A DNA stretch of 64,000 nt from an uncultured delta proteobacterium. Its GTDB lineage: Bacteria; Desulfobacterota; Binatia; JACPRU01. Position numbers and translations under genes: made by a program. The stretch's first letter is position 1; each line of letters starts with the position of its first letter. Below the pieces are notes generated by a model. That model made no database searches and was not told the DNA's origin. It was given only the letters and a program-made list of their open reading frames with translations. Positions 41,922 to 52,316 of the stretch are shown here, in pieces. The stretch covers positions 1,056,001-1,120,000 of the forward strand of contig CAVUWD010000016.1 of the NCBI GenBank assembly GCA_963745025.1. The letters are read 5' to 3'.

Positions 41922-42496
41922 CATGCAGCACGGCCGCGGGCTTCGCCCTGCTGCTCGTTTTCGCCTCCTGCGCCGGTTCGAGTCGGCGACGCCCTGGGTC
42001 GGCGCGCCGACCCCGAGGTTCGTACTCAGGGAGAAGCGGTTCGCCGAGCTCCCAGCTCGCGATGAGCCTGCCGAAGGGATCGTAGCCGTCGCTCGTCACG
42101 GCGCGTCCGCCGGTTGGGAAGCTGAGACCCGCCAGCACAGAGGTGGCCGGCAACCATTGCTGCTGTTCCCAGAGCCGGACCTTCGTCGACAGCTCGAGGT
42201 CGCTGCCCGCCTATACCTTCTGCCCGTATGGTGAATCTGGTAGCGCTCGGGCCGCCGGCGACGCGCCTCCCACCCCGGCGTGATCATGATGATCGCGGCG
42301 CCGACCTACCGATTCACGCGGTCGAGGTTCGGAAACGAGTCTGGCGTGAAGGTCGGAGCAGCGTCCGGTGCTACGGTAGCAGTGGCGGCCGGTGCCTGTC
42401 CCGGGCGGTGCGGAAAGCAGCCGAGCACATCCCGGTGACGGTGCAAGCGTCTCCCGGCTGCAATGGCATCCGAGCTTCGTCCGTGACGCCTGCCCG

Positions 42497-43426
42497 TTAG
42501 CCCTCGCCCGGATCGCCCCGGCTGGCCGCGACACTGACACCGAGAGGACCGCGGGGTACCTGGATCTCGAACCGCCGGCCTTGGCGGAGGATCTCCATCC
42601 GCACGTTCTCCCCGGCGGTGCCGGCGCGGGTGGCGGTGACGAGCTCGCTGGGAGCGAAGATGCGGGTCTCGCCGTAGCTCAGAACCACATCCCCGGCCTG
42701 TAGGCCTTCCGCCGCCGCCGGTGATTCGAGCAGCACCTCGTTGATGGCGACGCGGTTCGGCTGGTCAAGGGCGGCGAGATAGCGGTCGTACCTCTGGTCC
42801 CCGATCTCGTCTCGGATCGACGTGCGTTGCCCCTCGATCTCCGCCATCTTCGCGGCGAAGCCGGGCGTGTCCAGCCATCCCTCCCGCTCTGCCTGATTGC
42901 GCAGGTAGATCTCGGACAGCCCGAGCCCGTCCTGCCGCCGCCTGATCTCGGTCGCGGTCGTCGTGTCGATACCGGCGGCGACCAGCGCGCGCTCCATTGC
43001 CGTGCTGGCATCGTAGACGGGCGCCGGGTCGGCTGCGCTGCCGGGTGCGGCCCGTGTCGCCGGCGCGGCCGCTACGGGCTCGGGCCTTGAGGGCACCGCG
43101 CGCGGAGTCTCGTGGCCGCTGCCGCGCAGCGCGGCAAGCTCGGTCGCGAGCACATCGATCCGTTCCTCGAGGCGGCGCCGCCCATCCGCTTCCGCTGCCA
43201 GGTTCGCCGCTAGCAGCTTGAGCCGCCGTTCCAGCCCGATGGCGTGCCGATCGCCTCCGCCCTCGGTCTCACGGGCACCTGGGCTCTGCGCAGATGCGGA
43301 CACCGAGCCTCCGAGGCGCCCCTCCGCGGGCTCGATTCGGCCTCCTTCACCCCGCCAACCGAGCCAGACACCTGCCGCCAGGCCGAGAGCGACAAGCAGA
43401 GCACCGTACACAGCTGTCCTGTTCAT
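42497..43426 (-). CDS. Membrane-anchored coiled-coil PDZ-domain protein
   Basis: N-terminal TM; SPAAAEGLQAGDVVLSY; RGPLGV. Confidence 0.82.
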   Translation of the reverse strand: MNRTAVYGALLVALGLAAGVWLGWRGEGGRIEPAEGRLGGSVSASAQSPGARETEGGGDRHAIGLERRLKLLAANLAAEADGRRRLEERIDVLATELAALRGSGHETPRAVPSRPEPVAAAPATRAAPGSAADPAPVYDASTAMERALVAAGIDTTTATEIRRRQDGLGLSEIYLRNQAEREGWLDTPGFAAKMAEIEGQRTSIRDEIGDQRYDRYLAALDQPNRVAINEVLLESPAAAEGLQAGDVVLSYGETRIFAPSELVTATRAGTAGENVRMEILRQGRRFEIQVPRGPLGVSVAASRGDPGEG

Positions 43427-43469
43427 TCACACGATCCTTCGAGCGCGCTGATTGTGGCGGTGTCGTGCA

Positions 43470-43858
43470 GGCGACGCAACAGGCTGTCTCGTCCGCGCGA
43501 CCTTCGACGGCGAGGTCTGCCATCTGATCGTCCATCCGAGCGGGCGCTACAACCGCCACCGGCCGTATCCGATTCCCAAGGGCCTCGTCGAGCCCGGTGA
43601 GCTGCCCGAGAAGGCGGCGCTGCGCGAGACCCGCGAGGAGGCGGGCCTCGACTGCCGGATCCTCGCGCCGCTCGGCGAGATCGACTACGTGAAGAGCCGC
43701 TCACGCCGCCCGCCTCGCCGACGCTCAAGCCCGCCGATTGGGAGATCGATCGTGCGGAGTTTCTGCCGGCCGATCAGGCGCGCCCGAGGCTCCATCCGGA
43801 CCAGCGTCTGCTCCTCGATCGTGCGCTGGCGAGGGAAGGCGGCCCAGGTCGCCGGTGA
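43470..43858 (+). pseudogene. NUDIX hydrolase, degraded with internal deletion
   Basis: PKGLVEPGE..AALRETREEAG Nudix box; C-terminus [13 protein letters not shown] in another frame. Confidence 0.7.
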
Positions 43859-45096
43859 TCAGCCGCGCGCCGCGCTGCGAGGCGAAGTACGCCCACGCCC
43901 ACTCGAACAGGACGACCGCGCGGTTGCGAAAGCCGATCAGGAACGCGATGTGCACGACGATCCACAAGAGCCAGGCGACGAAGCCCGACAGTTGGACGAC
44001 CCCGAAGTCCGCGACCGCGGCGGCCCTGCCGATCGTCGCCAGCTTCCCCTTGTCGAAGTAGCGGAATGGCTCCGTCGGCTTGCCGGCGAGGCGGCGCAGC
44101 ACCATGTCGGCGGCGTGCCGTCCCTCCTGCATCGCGGCGGGTGCGAGGCCGGGCACCGGCTCGCCGCTCCTTTCGTCGCGAAGCGACGCGAGGTCGCCGA
44201 CGACGAACGCCTCGGGATGCCCGGGAATCGACAGGTCAGGCTCCACCAGCACGCGCCCGGCGCGGTCGAGAGGCAGGCCGAGAGTGCGCGACAGCGGCGA
44301 AGCGGCAACTCCGGCGGCCCACAGCACGGTGCGGGCCTCGATGTGCTCTTCACCGAGGCTCACGCCGCGGGCGTCGACCTTCGTCACCGGCTGCCCGCAG
44401 AGCACGCTCACGCCGAGCCGGCGGAGCGAAGCCTCGGCTTTCTGTGAGAGGCGCTCGGGGAACGGCGGTAGCACGCGCGGGCCACCCTCGATGAGCACGA
44501 CGCGGGCTTCGCGAGGGTCGATGCTGCGAAAATCGCTGACCAGCACGGTTCGCGAGATGTCGGCGAGCGCGCCGGCGAGCTCGACGCCGGTCGGTCCGCC
44601 GCCGACGACGACGAAGGTCATGAGCGCGGCGCGCTCGGTGTCGTCGGTCTCTTGCTCCGCGCGTTCGAACGCGAGCAGCACGCGCCGGCGGATCTCGAGC
44701 GCATCCTCGAGGCTCTTCAGTCCCGGCGCTGCGGATTCCCACTCTTCGTGGCCGAAGTAGGAGTGGTCGACGCCGGCGGCGAGGATCAGATAGTCGTAAC
44801 GCAGCGGCCGGCGTCTTCGATCCGACGGTGCGCTTCGCGAGATCGACGGCCGTGACCTTAGCGAGGACGACGCGGGTGTTCTCCTGGCGGCGGAGGATCG
44901 AGCGGATCGGGTGGGCGATGTCGCCCGGGGACAGGCCCGCCATCGCCACCTGATAGAGGAGCGGCTGGAAGAGGTGGTGGTTGCGGCGGTCGACCAGCGT
45001 CACTCGCACCGCCGCGCGGCGCAGCCGCTTCGCCGCATAGAGGCCGCCGAAGCCGCCGCCGACGATGACGACGTGGGGTTTCGGCTCGTCCCGCAT
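43725..45096 (-). CDS. ndh: Type II NADH dehydrogenase (frameshift ~44800-44825)
   Basis: [55 protein letters not shown]. Confidence 0.88.
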
Positions 45097-45149
45097 TCCG
45101 AACCGGGTTAGCGGTCGACTCCCCCTTCTGCAAGAACGAGATTCTGCCG

Positions 45150-45275
45150 ACGCGAACTTCGCCGGTCCAAACGCCGCCGACGTCGGAAATGGGCGCGTTC
45201 CGGCCGTGGCACCGGTGAACAGGATCGCTCCCCGCCCTTTGGCGAGCATTCCCGGCACGACCTCCTGCGAGCAGA
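45150..45275 (-). pseudogene. SDR internal relic
   Basis: [32 protein letters not shown]. Confidence 0.65.
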
Positions 45276-45696
45276 GATCGACAGGACCGGCCCGCTGGGA
45301 ACGCCGGCCAATAACCACCTCATCGCGTCACGTAACCACTCCGCTTGTCCTGGAGCTCACCTAAGTTGCGTGTAGATCTCCGCCCTGTTCACGCGCTTCA
45401 TCCGCGTGGTAGCCCACCTGGCACGGAGGACCACAACGACACACGGCAGATTCATTTTGCTCGCCAAGCGCTTGGCAAGTCCCTGTGAAGTCCGTAGGCG
45501 GAAGCGGAACGTCTCTCGAAACCGCGGAACCACACCAAGGACGAAGAAGAACTTTTCAGGGAAGTAGATAACTTACTTCCTGACCAGTACGCCCTCGCAA
45601 CCTCGCGGCACTTCGACAATTCCTCTCGGATCGGCGCGATCGTGGCGTCATCAAGTCCGGTCTCAATGAAGCGGTCACTCGAAGCGGCGAAGCCGC

Positions 45697-46536
45697 TCAG
45701 AGCACAGACAAGAGCGCAAGCGCAGCCCCGCCGACGACCAGCGTCGCTCCCCCGGCGCGGGCGATCGTCCTGCCGCCCGGCGCGGTCTTCTCGATCAGGA
45801 CGAAAGCCGTGAGGACCGCTATCCAGAAGAGATTCATCGCGCCGAGCGCGAAAAGAACCAGCATCAGCGCGGAGCAGCAGCCGAGGCAAAACAACCCATG
45901 GTGGACGCCCATAGCGAGCGCGCCGCCGCGCCCGCCTCGCCACGAGGTCATGAAGAAGCCGATCGGCGTTCGGCACTGGCGGAGGCACGCGTTCTTGAGC
46001 GGCGTGAACTGAAAGACGCCAGCCGCGGCGAGGACGGCGCCGCCGGCCAGCGCCGAATCGAGGCTCATGGCGGCGGGCGAGAACCAAGCCGTCTTCTCCA
46101 ACACGACCTGGAGAAGCGTCGCGGCGATGCTGAACACGACCCAGGCGACGAGGTAGCCGAGCGCGAAGAGAGACGAGGGGACGATCGTACGCGCGCTGGG
46201 GTCGCGGCCGCGGACGAAGCGCGCGTGCATGAGGATCATCGGAGCGGCGGTCGGCAGCATCATCGCCGCCATCATCACGACCCACATGGTGAAGATCCAC
46301 GCGGCGCCCATGCTCCCCATGCACGGCATGGCCACCCGTTCGAGCAGCTCTTTGGTGTGCGGCCCCGCGCCTGGGGACATCGCGGCCATCTCGTCCGCCA
46401 GATGCCAGAGCCAGGCCCACGAGAGCGCGGCGATCGCACCGAGACCGCCGAAAAGGACGACCCTTTCGCCGAGGAGAATCTCGCCGAGCGCCACCCGGGG
46501 CTCGGCGCGGCTCTCGGCGAGCCCGCTTTCAGCCAC
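45697..46536 (-). CDS. DUF2182 predicted metal-binding membrane protein
   Basis: MWVVMMAAMMLP, QFTPLK.ACL.QCR.P, CLGCC. Confidence 0.9.
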   Translation of the reverse strand: MAESGLAESRAEPRVALGEILLGERVVLFGGLGAIAALSWAWLWHLADEMAAMSPGAGPHTKELLERVAMPCMGSMGAAWIFTMWVVMMAAMMLPTAAPMILMHARFVRGRDPSARTIVPSSLFALGYLVAWVVFSIAATLLQVVLEKTAWFSPAAMSLDSALAGGAVLAAAGVFQFTPLKNACLRQCRTPIGFFMTSWRGGRGGALAMGVHHGLFCLGCCSALMLVLFALGAMNLFWIAVLTAFVLIEKTAPGGRTIARAGGATLVVGGAALALLSVL

Positions 46537-47125
46537 GGTACTCGAAGGGAGCGAAGAACGCGTTTCGCCCGGAGATCTTCCAACTCATTCCGTGATCGTC
46601 GTAGGTAAGGCTCTTCGACGTCGCCTGAGTGACCGCGAAGCCGGGTGCGATCGCCAGAGGATGTCCGCTGATCTGGATCGGCCCGCCTCCCTGGCCGCTC
46701 ATCTGCTCGAGCTCGAGGGCGGCGACGCCCGAGACCGCGAGACGGAACGTGCCGTCGCGGCGCGAGAACTCGATCGGCGCCTTGCGCACGCCGACTACTT
46801 CTCCGATATGTGACGCGAGCGCCGCCGGGTGTCCTCCGGCTTGGCCGCCGAAGATGCGGTGGAGCGCCGCCTCCTGCTTGGCGTCGGCGCGCTCGTCGCA
46901 GTAGAGCGCCGCTTTCCACTTCACCTTGACCATGTTCCCGGGGCAGTGGACTGCGAGCGCCACGTTTCGGTCGTCGAGCGAAACGTCGCCGTCCTTTCCC
47001 TGCTCGATGTGCCAGCCGACGAGCACGGTGCATTCGCCGTGCGTCGGATCGCTCAGGAAGATGCACGGGCACGCGGCGGCACAGTTGCAGCTCTCGACGT
47101 AGGTTCCTTTAAGATTCCAGGCCAT
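46529..47125 (-). CDS. DUF1326 protein
   Basis: ESCNC..CPC, PT.G.C, IFGGQAGG; usual partner of DUF2182. Confidence 0.9.
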   Translation of the reverse strand: MAWNLKGTYVESCNCAAACPCIFLSDPTHGECTVLVGWHIEQGKDGDVSLDDRNVALAVHCPGNMVKVKWKAALYCDERADAKQEAALHRIFGGQAGGHPAALASHIGEVVGVRKAPIEFSRRDGTFRLAVSGVAALELEQMSGQGGGPIQISGHPLAIAPGFAVTQATSKSLTYDDHGMSWKISGRNAFFAPFEYRG

Positions 47126-47384
47126 GACGAACCCCCTTTCCGAAGCTGGGTGCTCGGCGCATCGCGAGTCAGGCGAGAGAGAGCGCTACCACATCTCCCA
47201 CGTCCCCTACCAGTGCTCGGAGACGCTGGCGGACGATCCACCAGGACCGCGGATCCGCTGAGCGGACACGCCCGCGTCGCGCGTCCTACATGGCTTTCTT
47301 GATCCCGCTTCGAAGCAGCCGGATAGCTGGTGACGAAGCCGGCGAGCATAGGCGATGTCCGAACATTCCAGGGACCTTTGCAAG

Positions 47385-47533
47385 ATGACGTGCAAAGACG
47401 GCCTGTGATGCAGTGCGACTCCTCCGGGTCGAGCTCGGAGGCCAGTCCCGTCGAACCCCTGACGTCGGCGAAGAGAACGGTGCCCTGCTTCCGTTCGCCT
47501 TCGAGGGCGGCGCGGGTGGTGAGGATCTTCTCG
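47385..47533 (-). pseudogene. Adenylate/guanylate cyclase relic 2, flanked by GGATAGCTGG direct repeats (47321, 47536)
   Basis: EKILTTRAALEGERKQGTVLFADVRGSTGLASELDPEESH. Confidence 0.8.
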
Positions 47534-47623
47534 GAGGATAGCTGGGATAAGCGGCCGAGTTGACGTAAAGCCTCAATATCCGACGCTGCCCAAACACGAG
47601 ACGCCTTGTTTCTAGGGCACCCC

Positions 47624-47757
47624 TCAGATGCTCGCGCGGCCAGCCTGCGCTAACCCCCTAAGTGTGTTGGCCTGCGCCGTCGTCAAAGCCTTACCGCGTT
47701 GAGCGCTGACCTCTTGCAAAAACGCCGACAGTTGCCCCCCTTCATCCGCCAGGAACG
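47624..47757 (-). pseudogene. C-terminal FIMAH-like relic
   Basis: GQLSAFLQEVSAQRGKALTTAQANTL. Confidence 0.45.
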
Positions 47758-48822
47758 TTAGGTCCTCCGGATGATCTGCTTGGAGAATTCTTCGATCGTT
47801 TCCTTCGGATCGGTGATCGGCTGGATCGCGACCTGACGAATCCCCGCAGCGCCCATCGCGTGAATCGATTCCACGACTTCCTCGCGGGTTCCGGTGAGGG
47901 TCGTCGCGCGGATCATCTTCTCGGTCACCAACGACTCGTGCTCCTTTCTGAAACCACGCAGGTAATCGCTGTAGAGCGTCAGGTGGCGGGTCTCGATCGA
48001 CACGTCCGGCATACGATACGCGTTCTTGAAGGCCACAAGATCGTGGCGAACGTCGGAGGGTAGATCCGTGGGGGTCGGGCACGAGAACGCGAAGATGTTG
48101 CTCGACGAAGACACAAAGGGACCGACCGCCTTCCGCACCCGCGTCGACTCGAGCTTCTCTCCCGGTCGAGTCAGGTGGAAGGCCGTCATGCACAGCGTGT
48201 AGAGCTTTCTCGGATCGCGCCCGGCGCGCTCGGCCCCAGCGCGCACGTGGTCCATGCAGAACCGGATCAAACTCGGGCCGACGGCACCGAAGAGAATCAC
48301 TCCGTCAGCGATCTCCCCGGCTAGCTCCAGCGTCTTTGGACCGCTCGCCGAAACGTAGATCGGCACCTTATTCTTGATGTTGATCGCACCGCTCTTCGGG
48401 TTGAGGAAGCGGATCACGCGTCGGCGCTCACCTTCCTGGTACGGTGTCGTTTTGCCCGCAAGAAGGTCGCGACAGACCCGGACGTGCTCGCGCAGCACCT
48501 CCAGCCGGGCCGCTGGCATGCCGAGCGTCCGTCGCGCCGTGTTGCCGGTGCCGATACCGAGGATCACCCGCCCAGGCGCGAGCGCGTTGATCGACGCGAT
48601 CGAGCACGCTGTCATAGGCGCGATTCGCGACGCCGGGTTGGTGACGCCCGGACCAAGAACGATCTTCTTGGTGTTGACTGCGCAGAGCGCAAGCGCGGCG
48701 TAGACGTCGCTGGTGAGCATCTGCGAGTCGTAGAGCCAAGCGTGCGTGAAGCCGCGTCGCTCGGCCAACGCCACGGCGGGATAGACGTTCACGTTACCGA
48801 AGAATACGCATCCAAAATCCAT
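47758..48822 (-). CDS. LLM-class oxidoreductase (Mer-like)
   Basis: YDSQ, GPGVTNP, PGRVILGIGTG, SASGPKTLELAGEIADG. Confidence 0.9.
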   Translation of the reverse strand: MDFGCVFFGNVNVYPAVALAERRGFTHAWLYDSQMLTSDVYAALALCAVNTKKIVLGPGVTNPASRIAPMTACSIASINALAPGRVILGIGTGNTARRTLGMPAARLEVLREHVRVCRDLLAGKTTPYQEGERRRVIRFLNPKSGAINIKNKVPIYVSASGPKTLELAGEIADGVILFGAVGPSLIRFCMDHVRAGAERAGRDPRKLYTLCMTAFHLTRPGEKLESTRVRKAVGPFVSSSSNIFAFSCPTPTDLPSDVRHDLVAFKNAYRMPDVSIETRHLTLYSDYLRGFRKEHESLVTEKMIRATTLTGTREEVVESIHAMGAAGIRQVAIQPITDPKETIEEFSKQIIRRT

Positions 48823-49013
48823 TGTCCCTCCTCACGAACCTCGAGATCAGCTTCTGGGCCCCGGCTGCTTTAGTGATTCTCGCTACCGGAAGATGAGCAC
48901 CGCATCGAAGAACAGCTCGCTTCAGCAGGCGATAGTCCCTGGGGGTAGTTTCGCGCAAGCGCGACTGGGTGGTTCTGACGAAGGCCGCAGCGAGATCCGC
49001 TTGGAGGAATCAA

Positions 49014-49175
49014 GCGGTCCAAGATCTCGTGCCACTCTTCCGGGTCGAGCTGCTCGGCGAGGTCCATCGAGCCCTTCACGTCGGCGAAGAGGGCCGTCAC
49101 CTGCTTCCGCTCGCCTTCGAGGGCGCTGCGCGACGAGAGGATCTTCTCCGCAAGGTGCTTCGGCGTGTAGGAGCG
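49014..49175 (-). pseudogene. Adenylate/guanylate cyclase relic 3
   Basis: YTPKHLAEKILSSRSALEGERKQVTALFADVKGSMDLAEQLDPEEWHEILDR. Confidence 0.88.
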
Positions 49176-49473
49176 AGGGTCGGCGGAGCGGGTCGAAGGC
49201 CCGCCGGCGACCGGCGTCGCGCGTCGAAGGAGTCGAACCGAGCGAGGGGATTCGAATCGCTGCGAGCTGAGGTTTTGCGCGCGATCATGAGCTACGACGG
49301 CCGTTTATTCGGCCCGAGTAATTCTACCGCGCCGTCGGGAGCGTTTGCCAGACTACTCGGAGCTGGGTTCGTTGCGCAGGGCCCCTGCACGGCGCCGAGC
49401 TGCACAGTCCTAAGATTTTCTGCAGCTCGCCGTTCGCGGGCGGCAGCATCTGGGCAAAAAAAAGAGGGGTGGG

Positions 49474-49505
49474 CGACCGAGAGGACGGGGAGGTCCTCTC
49501 GGTCG
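49474..49505. terminator. Perfect 13-bp hairpin
   Basis: CGACCGAGAGGAC-GGGGAG-GTCCTCTCGGTCG; A8 run 10 bp to the left. Confidence 0.55.
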
Positions 49506-49559
49506 TGTTCTGGGTGGGTAGCAGCGTACGGTCAAGTCTCGAGCGAGCATTCGAGCGGG

Positions 49560-49650
49560 CGGATCGTTCGTGAGCGGCGCCGATCGGAGATTCGTGCGTA
49601 GACGAGCGTTGACTCGATCGTCCGGTGCCCGAGGTGATCCTGGACAAAAC
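49560..49650 (-). pseudogene. Tyrosine recombinase C-terminal relic
   Basis: VQDHLGHRTIESTLVYARI. Confidence 0.75.
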
Positions 49651-49694
49651 TCGGCCGACTCCCCCGTCGGAACCGGCTCTTTTGAAACGGCCGC

Positions 49695-50573
49695 TCAGTT
49701 GGCCAGTAGTTCCTGCGCGAGTGCATCGAGCTCGCGCCGCATGTCGTCGCTGGCGCGTCCGAGCAGCCAGATCGTCACTTGTTCGGCACCGGCGGCGGCC
49801 AGCACCTCGACTTCTCGACGCTTTCGCCACTGTTGCCGGGCCCCGAAGACCGTGATGCGGATGGAAGCCGGATCCCGGCCGGCTTCAGCGCACAGCGCGT
49901 GAAGCTGGTCGCGGCCGTCGATCAATTGCTGAACTTCCCGGATTATCGGCAGCCAGCCATCGCCCCACTCGACGATGCGCTTGAACACCCGCCGCGCCCA
50001 CTGGTCGCCGAACATGATGCCGCCCAGATACACTGGCGGGTGCGGCCGCTGCGCGGGCTTGGGATAGCAGCGCACCGACGGGAAGTTGTAGTAGCGGCCG
50101 TGATGTTCGGGCGCGTCTTCCGTCCAGCAGGCTTTCATCACAGCGATGGCTTCCTTAACCTGCGACCAGCGGTGTTCGAAGTCGCCGCCGAGGATCTCGG
50201 ATTCCTCCTTGTTCCAGCCCGCGCCGATGCCGAATTGAAAGCGCCCGCCGCTATAGGCGTCGAGCGAAGCGATCTCTTTCGCGAGGTGCAGCGGATGACG
50301 TTCCGGCACCAGCAGGACGCCGGTGCCCACTTCGAGCGTGGTAGTGGCGGTGGCGGCGCGCATGAGTGCGATGAGTGGATCCGGCATCTGCCAGAGGTAA
50401 TCTGGATCGGGGCCGTTGCCGGGATTGCCCGGATAGGGCGTGCTGTAATTCAGCGGCAGAATGATGTGGTCCGGGACCCAGTAAGACGCAAAGCCCAGAT
50501 CTTCCGCGTGTCTCGCCACGATGGCCGGATCTGCCGCCGCATCCGGAAGGATCGAAAAGACGCCTATCTTCAT
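49695..50573 (-). CDS. LLM-class F420-dependent oxidoreductase
   Basis: PDH, GTGVLLVPERHP..LAKEIASLD..SGGRF.FGIGAGW. Confidence 0.92.
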   Translation of the reverse strand: MKIGVFSILPDAAADPAIVARHAEDLGFASYWVPDHIILPLNYSTPYPGNPGNGPDPDYLWQMPDPLIALMRAATATTTLEVGTGVLLVPERHPLHLAKEIASLDAYSGGRFQFGIGAGWNKEESEILGGDFEHRWSQVKEAIAVMKACWTEDAPEHHGRYYNFPSVRCYPKPAQRPHPPVYLGGIMFGDQWARRVFKRIVEWGDGWLPIIREVQQLIDGRDQLHALCAEAGRDPASIRITVFGARQQWRKRREVEVLAAAGAEQVTIWLLGRASDDMRRELDALAQELLAN

Positions 50574-50599
50574 GGGAGTCGCCTCGATTCTGCGAAATT

Positions 50600-50930
50600 G
50601 CGGGCGGCCCAGGAGTTGCTCTGCACACGACCGCGCGCCAGCAGCGCCCGCCGGCGTTCCTCGATGGCCGCCGGGTCGATGTTGTTGTGCATCACTGCGA
50701 CTTGGGCTTCAAGTGCCATGTCCGCGCCAAAGGGCAGGACATGGCCATCGTCCAACAATCGTTTGTAGGAGACCAGCGTGGCGGGATCGAGACTCAGCAT
50801 GTCCTGAGCGAGTTGCCGACAGATGGGCAGCAGCTCCTCGGCTGGCACCACGATTGACGAGTCCTCAGCGTTCGGCGGTGGCCGCATCCACGAAATTGCC
50901 AGTCAGCGACATCTCCTTGGCGCGGGGCAG
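50600..50930 (-). pseudogene. Enoyl-CoA hydratase C-terminal relic
   Basis: RAKEMSLTGNFVDAATAER*GLVN/VVPAEELL. Confidence 0.75.
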
Positions 50931-51095
50931 CGCTCGTGAGTATAGGCGAGGCGACACTTGGTGCATATGCATGGTCTACGCGCGAGGCAAAGCCGGCGCT
51001 GCGTAGCGATCTTCCGCGACTCGATGCAGAGCCTGCCTTCGAGGATTCGTCCGGATTCCGAGATCGTCTCGGATCGGAGTAGAATCCTCGAGTAG

Positions 51096-51350
51096 ATGGC
51101 CGGTACGCGGCTCGAGATCCCAGCCTTGTCGAAATCCCGCTTCATTGCGGGGCTCCAGTGTCTCAAGCGACTCTATCTCGAGTGCTATGCGAGAGATCTC
51201 GGAGGACCACCCGACGAGGTGACGAAGGCCGTGTTCGAGGCCGGTAGCGCCATCGGCGCGCTCGCGCGCTTCCGCTACCCGGCGGAGGGTTGGTTGTCGA
51301 GGATCACCTGCACCATGGAGGGGCGCCGCAGCTTACAGTACGATGAATAG
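51096..51350 (+). pseudogene. DUF2779-type protein N-terminal relic
   Basis: LSKSRFIAGLQCLKRLYL...G..IGALAR..YP. Confidence 0.6.
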
Positions 51351-51502
51351 CTGGCGCGTCCTTCAACCATTCTGCGCGCGCCTCCTCACGGCCTTATTGT
51401 AACGCTCCAGCGCCGCATCCGCATCGACGTCAACCAACCGCCTCGCTCCTCCGTCTCAAAGTCATAAAGCTCACACAAGGGTTCGAACAGGAGGAGAAGG
51501 CA

Positions 51503-52003
51503 ATGACTCGAAAGGATGTAGTTTCGCTGGTCGGCGTCGTCGCGATCGTCGCCGTGGCGGCGATGCACGGCGCGGCGTCCGCACACGGCAGGGGAGGTCA
51601 TCGAAACGGCGGAGACGGGAATCTTTGGCTGCTCGCGCACGCCGCGGGTTTGAGCAGGAGCCAGATCGCCACGGCGTTCAAGAACGATTCGACTCTCAAG
51701 ACCGACCGCTCCAACCTGCGAAGCGCGCGCGAGGCCCTGACGACTTGCTTGGTCTCGGGAAGCTCGTGCGCAAGCCAGATTTCAGCCGATGCGAGCGCAC
51801 ACCAGGCCCTCGCTCAGGAGGAGATGACGGTATGGGGAACCCTCTTCCAGGGCGCTCCCAACGCAAAGCAGGCGGCTACGGTTCTCAACCAGCTGAGGCA
51901 ACTGCAAGCGCAGCGAACGCAGATCTTCCAGCAGGTTTTCGACTCGACCAGCAGCCCGACGTCGGATGGCAGCACCGCGACGTCCGGTGACGGTAGCTCG
52001 TAG
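51503..52003 (+). CDS. Secreted helical protein (Spy/CpxP-like)
   Basis: Signal peptide; GLSRSQI; Gln-rich helix; AGGAG RBS. Confidence 0.65.
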   Translation: MTRKDVVSLVGVVAIVAVAAMHGAASAHGRGGHRNGGDGNLWLLAHAAGLSRSQIATAFKNDSTLKTDRSNLRSAREALTTCLVSGSSCASQISADASAHQALAQEEMTVWGTLFQGAPNAKQAATVLNQLRQLQAQRTQIFQQVFDSTSSPTSDGSTATSGDGSS

Positions 52004-52042
52004 ACGGAGCTCGCCTTTTTCTATCGCGAAAGGAGAAAAGCA

Positions 52043-52258
52043 ATGTCACGCTCCCTAGTTCTCCTCTGGGCGATTACCGCACTGACGGCCGGTCTCGCGG
52101 CGGCGGCGAGCGCTCCCGCGGTCGCCGCCCTGCGCATCTCCCCGAGGATTTACACGCCCCAGTCCACGCAGAATCTACAGGTCGCCTGCAATGGCGACGA
52201 CGACCCCTCTGACGACTCGGACTCCGGCGACTCGCAAGCAGTCGACTCCGAGGCGTAG
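52043..52258 (+). CDS. Small secreted peptide with acidic tail
   Basis: AAGGAG RBS; signal peptide; VACNGDDDPSDDSDSGDS. Confidence 0.6.
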   Translation: MSRSLVLLWAITALTAGLAAAASAPAVAALRISPRIYTPQSTQNLQVACNGDDDPSDDSDSGDSQAVDSEA

Positions 52259-52316
52259 CGTGCAACCTCCAGTGCCAGCTCGGTGTTTAAAAGAGCGGTA
52301 CCCGTTGATGCTAGCG

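Noticed and set aside
41930-42480. RHS/YD-repeat toxin relic (GYDPFGRL)
   Set aside because: One short motif with several stops; too weak to call
45300-45690. Lower-GC segment as a defence or restriction gene
   Set aside because: Broken frames and no recognisable motif
50860-50872. In-frame TGA in the enoyl-CoA hydratase relic as selenocysteine
   Set aside because: The position is usually Trp (TGG to TGA), the gene is truncated and frameshifted, and no SECIS is evident
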